Assembly: GCA_963669175.1 (NCBI GenBank)
Contig: OY769902.1
Location: 1,632,001-1,696,000 of the forward strand
Source of the DNA: a bacterium
GTDB lineage: Bacteria > Electryoneota > Electryoneia > Electryoneales > Electryoneaceae
Reading direction: 5' to 3'
Length of the DNA: 64,000 bases
Below, piece after piece: positions 60,827 to 64,000 of this stretch. The translations under genes and the position numbers were made by a program. Below the pieces are notes generated by a model that saw only the letters and a list, made by a program, of their open reading frames with translations, was not told the origin of the DNA and searched no databases. Positions within the stretch are counted from its first letter, which is position 1, and every line of letters begins with the position of its first letter.

Positions 60827-62662
60827 ATGAGCGAACATCACTTATACATGATAGCGGCGATTCTGTTGTTCGGGTTGGCAGCGCAATGGATCGCGTGGAA
60901 ATTCAACCTCCCCTCCATCCTGTTGCTGCTCGGTTTCGGGCTGGTTGCGGGACCGTTGACGGGTTGGTTGGACCCGGACAGCCTGTTCGGAGAACTGCTC
61001 TTTCCCTTTGTGACGGTATCCGTAGCGGTGATCCTCTACGAAGGCGGCTTGAGCCTGCGATTCAGTGAAATAAAAACGCATAGTGGAGTTGTGCGGAACC
61101 TGATCACTATTGGCGTATTGGTGCAGTGGGTTCTTGGCACGGTGGCTGCTTACCTGTTGCTTGATATCGGTTTGCAGTTATCGGTGTTGTTGGGAGCGGT
61201 GTTAACCGTGACCGGCCCCACGGTTATCGGGCCATTGCTCCGTTTTGTTCGTCCCAAACGTGATATCGGCTCAATCATCAAATGGGAAGGCATTCTCGAT
61301 GATCCGGTAGGTGCGATGCTGGCAGTCCTTGTGTTTGAGCAGATCCTCGCGGGCAATGTCAGCGGCAATATCCTGGAGATGGCGCTGGGGTTACTGAAAA
61401 CACTTGGAGTAGGTGGCATTGTCGGGGCGATTTCTGCGGCGACTCTCTATTACCTGATGGAGCATGACCTTGTCCCTGATTTCCTGCAGAATCCAATTTC
61501 CCTGGGATTGGTTGTGGGGACGCTTATCGTTGCGAACATGGTGCAGCATGAGGCTGGTTTGCTGGCGGTTACGGTGATGGGCGTCATCATGGCCAACCAG
61601 AAACGTCACCAGGTCCGTCACATTGTCGAGTTCAAAGAAAACCTTCGTCTCCTGCTGATTTCCACACTCTTTATTATCCTTGCCGCTCGTGTCACCATGG
61701 AGGATATACAGGAACTGACCTGGCCGGCGCTCTGGTTTGTGCTGGCGTTGATTTTGGTGATACGCCCGGTGGTGGCGTTTGCATCGACAGTCGGATCGCA
61801 ACTCAACTGGAAGGAACGGTTGTTCATTGGTTGGATGGCGCCGCGAGGTATTGTATCGGCGGCCGTTATTTCCGCATTTGGGCTGGCGTTGGTGAACAAC
61901 GGGATCACCGAGGCGGAGAAGTTGATTTCGCTTACGTTTCTGGTTATTACCGCCACAGTCGTCGTTTATGGATTAACCGCGCGGCCACTGGCGAAGCTGT
62001 TGGGTGTGGGTGCACCTGACCCGCACGGTATCGTGATCGTTGGCGCCCAGGGATGGACACGCAAGATCGCGCTGGCGATACAGGAAGCAGGGGGACGTGT
62101 GCTGGTTGTGGATAACAACGAGCGTCATGTTGAGCTGGCACGTGAAGAGGGATTGGCTGCTACACATATCAATATCCTTGCTGAGAACAAGGTGGAAGAG
62201 CTGGACCTGGATGGGATAGGCATGGCGGCGGCGATGACGACCAATGATGAAGTGAATTCGTTGGCTGCCTTGCACCTGTCGGAATCACTGGGACGGCAGG
62301 CGGTATACCAGCTTCCTCCCGTATCGCATAGAGAAGAAGGACTGAAGCCGAAAGAACGTGTGTCCCGCATGTTACGTGGCCGAATCCTGTTCTGTCCCCA
62401 GGGTAATGGCGATAACCTGGAGCGTCTGATTGACCATGGCGTGGATGTTATCGTCACGCAGGTAGAAGAGAAAACCAACGGGCGTGAGTATGTGAAGAAT
62501 CAACCTGAACTGTTGCCACTTTTTGTTATACGGCCCGGCGCAATCGTAGCGCCTGTCGATTGTGAAAAAGCGACCCCTATTCAGCCTGAGGATAAAATCG
62601 TGTGTCTGTCAGGTGACACTGTTCTGGAATTGAAAAGACAGCCTGTATGTGAGGAAAGTTGA
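60827..62662 (+). CDS. CPA1 (NhaP-type) cation:proton antiporter with TrkA-N/RCK domain
   Basis: ILYEGGL, VTGPTVIGP, WEGILDDPVG, MAPRGIVSAA; Rossmann-like IVGA..VDNN. Confidence 0.9.
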   Translation: MSEHHLYMIAAILLFGLAAQWIAWKFNLPSILLLLGFGLVAGPLTGWLDPDSLFGELLFPFVTVSVAVILYEGGLSLRFSEIKTHSGVVRNLITIGVLVQWVLGTVAAYLLLDIGLQLSVLLGAVLTVTGPTVIGPLLRFVRPKRDIGSIIKWEGILDDPVGAMLAVLVFEQILAGNVSGNILEMALGLLKTLGVGGIVGAISAATLYYLMEHDLVPDFLQNPISLGLVVGTLIVANMVQHEAGLLAVTVMGVIMANQKRHQVRHIVEFKENLRLLLISTLFIILAARVTMEDIQELTWPALWFVLALILVIRPVVAFASTVGSQLNWKERLFIGWMAPRGIVSAAVISAFGLALVNNGITEAEKLISLTFLVITATVVVYGLTARPLAKLLGVGAPDPHGIVIVGAQGWTRKIALAIQEAGGRVLVVDNNERHVELAREEGLAATHINILAENKVEELDLDGIGMAAAMTTNDEVNSLAALHLSESLGRQAVYQLPPVSHREEGLKPKERVSRMLRGRILFCPQGNGDNLERLIDHGVDVIVTQVEEKTNGREYVKNQPELLPLFVIRPGAIVAPVDCEKATPIQPEDKIVCLSGDTVLELKRQPVCEES

Positions 62663-62777
62663 ACGTGACTGAAGTGTATTCAATCATTTTCAGGGACAAC
62701 AAGACAGGGAAAACCCGGGATCGGTCAAAATGACCAACCCCGGGTTTGTGTTGTTAAATCGAATGCAGCTTGACCTC

Positions 62778-63042
62778 GAGATCCCCGTTCGGGGCCGGGG
62801 ATGACATATTTCCTACTTTTACCGAGGATGACATGGATCCCTGCTTTCACCGGGGATGACATGGATCCCTGCTTTCACCGGGGATGACATGGATCCCTGC
62901 TTTCACCGGGGATGACATGGATCCCTGCTTTCACCGGGGATGACATGGATCCCTGCTTTCACCGGGGATGACATGGATCCCGTTTTCACCGGGGATGACA
63001 TATTTCCTACTTTCACCGGGGATGACATGGATCCCGCTTTCG
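62778..63042. repeat. Tandem array of family C hairpin units: 28-bp ATGGATCCCTGCTTTCACCGGGGATGAC, five perfect plus four variant units
   Basis: Perfect units start at 62833, 62861, 62889, 62917 and 62945; no spacers. Confidence 0.92.
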
Positions 63043-63070
63043 ACAGAATGGGACTACTGTCACCATGAGC

Positions 63071-64000
63071 TTACAGCTTGTACACATCAACACCCTTCTT
63101 ATCCCACAGGAACATCCTGTCGCCTGCTGAATTGAAGAAGATGTTGGTGTCTTTCGCGTTGCGTTCTTTGCTCTTCCAGATGACGGAACCATCTTCCAGC
63201 GAAATGTAGGTCATCCATTTCTTGTACTGGTACAACAAGCCGCGTTGGGTGATCACCGGTTTGTACTGGATCTTCTTGGTGTTCCAATCCCACTCTGTTT
63301 CCCAAATAGTGTCCCCGGCGATATTCATCTTGATGACCTTTTTCGGGCCGAGGACCAGGAAATCGTTATCATCCAGCATGCGGATACCCAGTTCCATGGT
63401 TGGAGGAGCGTATTCCTTGGTGACAGAATAATGCGAGTAACCTCCCCAATTGCCCTGGTATACGGATGAAGAGCTTGTAAGGATGTAAGGAACGCCTTCT
63501 TTTGCCGAGATCGGGCCGACCAGCTTCTTCAGCTCCTTGGTCCAGACATAATCCCCGTTTTTAATGTCCAGCATACGGATGGTTTCACCGTCAAGGCCAA
63601 GGATTTTCCCGGCATTACGGAAGTATACTTCCTGCATGACATTGAAGGGAAGCTGCTTCTTCTTGGGTTCTTCCATCCAGATTTGTTGCCCTGTCGCTTC
63701 ATCCAGAATGAAATACCCGATCTCCTTGGTCATGGTATGATTATCATTCGATTCCATCCTTCCTGCGTCATGTGTCGGCCACCAGTCGCCGATCCCGATC
63801 TCACCAAAGATGCGTCCGTTGTCGATACGTGTGGCCGTCATCAAGCCGTACTCGGGGCTTTCCCAGACATTTTTACCGGTTTTCAGGTCGAGCTTGATCA
63901 TACGGTTGTTGGCGTTCTGGTATACGTAATCCCAACCATCGAAAATCGGTTCAGGCGTATACCATTGGAACAGAGACGCTGTGGAAGCGGGAACCGGCTT
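63071..64000 (-). CDS. PQQ-like/BamB-type beta-propeller protein, 5' end outside the window
   Basis: LDLKTGKNVW, LDEATGQQIW, LDIKNGDYVW and SLEDGSVIW repeats; frame open to the window end. Confidence 0.8.
   Translation of the reverse strand, partial: KPVPASTASLFQWYTPEPIFDGWDYVYQNANNRMIKLDLKTGKNVWESPEYGLMTATRIDNGRIFGEIGIGDWWPTHDAGRMESNDNHTMTKEIGYFILDEATGQQIWMEEPKKKQLPFNVMQEVYFRNAGKILGLDGETIRMLDIKNGDYVWTKELKKLVGPISAKEGVPYILTSSSSVYQGNWGGYSHYSVTKEYAPPTMELGIRMLDDNDFLVLGPKKVIKMNIAGDTIWETEWDWNTKKIQYKPVITQRGLLYQYKKWMTYISLEDGSVIWKSKERNAKDTNIFFNSAGDRMFLWDKKGVDVYKL

Noticed and set aside
62778-63042. CRISPR array
   Set aside because: Units are head-to-tail with no unique spacers, and there are no cas genes in the window.

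Overview
64-kb chromosomal window of a diderm bacterium. The YPNPFN-type C-terminal sorting domains, TonB receptor and lipoproteins suggest an FCB-superphylum lineage (inference). Housekeeping and metabolic genes include dpaL, an aminotransferase, an M29 aminopeptidase, bifunctional FTCD, apbC/sufT, murG-mraY, folC, recO, two methylmalonyl-CoA mutase subunits, a CPA1 antiporter and tRNA-Ser(CGA). They alternate with secreted proteins, two AT-rich two-gene candidate defence cassettes (ABC-ATPase plus TOPRIM/DUF4276-like; DUF5343-like plus RxxxxH HEPN-like) and one IS110-family element. Two things are not visible in the ORF track. (1) A probable selenoprotein: a thioredoxin-fold/TPR lipoprotein (24206-25507, minus strand) with an in-frame UGA in a UxxC motif, followed by a bSECIS-like hairpin. 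(2) A dense, nested set of non-coding mobile DNA. This includes a 395-396 bp MITE in three copies whose 19-bp ends closely match the Tn5/IS50 ends, and a TATAG-ended MITE in two copies; both carry REP-doublet-like hairpin cargo with one shared architecture. An IS110 sits inside a MITE terminal repeat, and nesting reaches five layers at 31090-32005. All calls come from reading the sequence by eye; no database searches were run, and repeat boundaries are approximate to a few bases.
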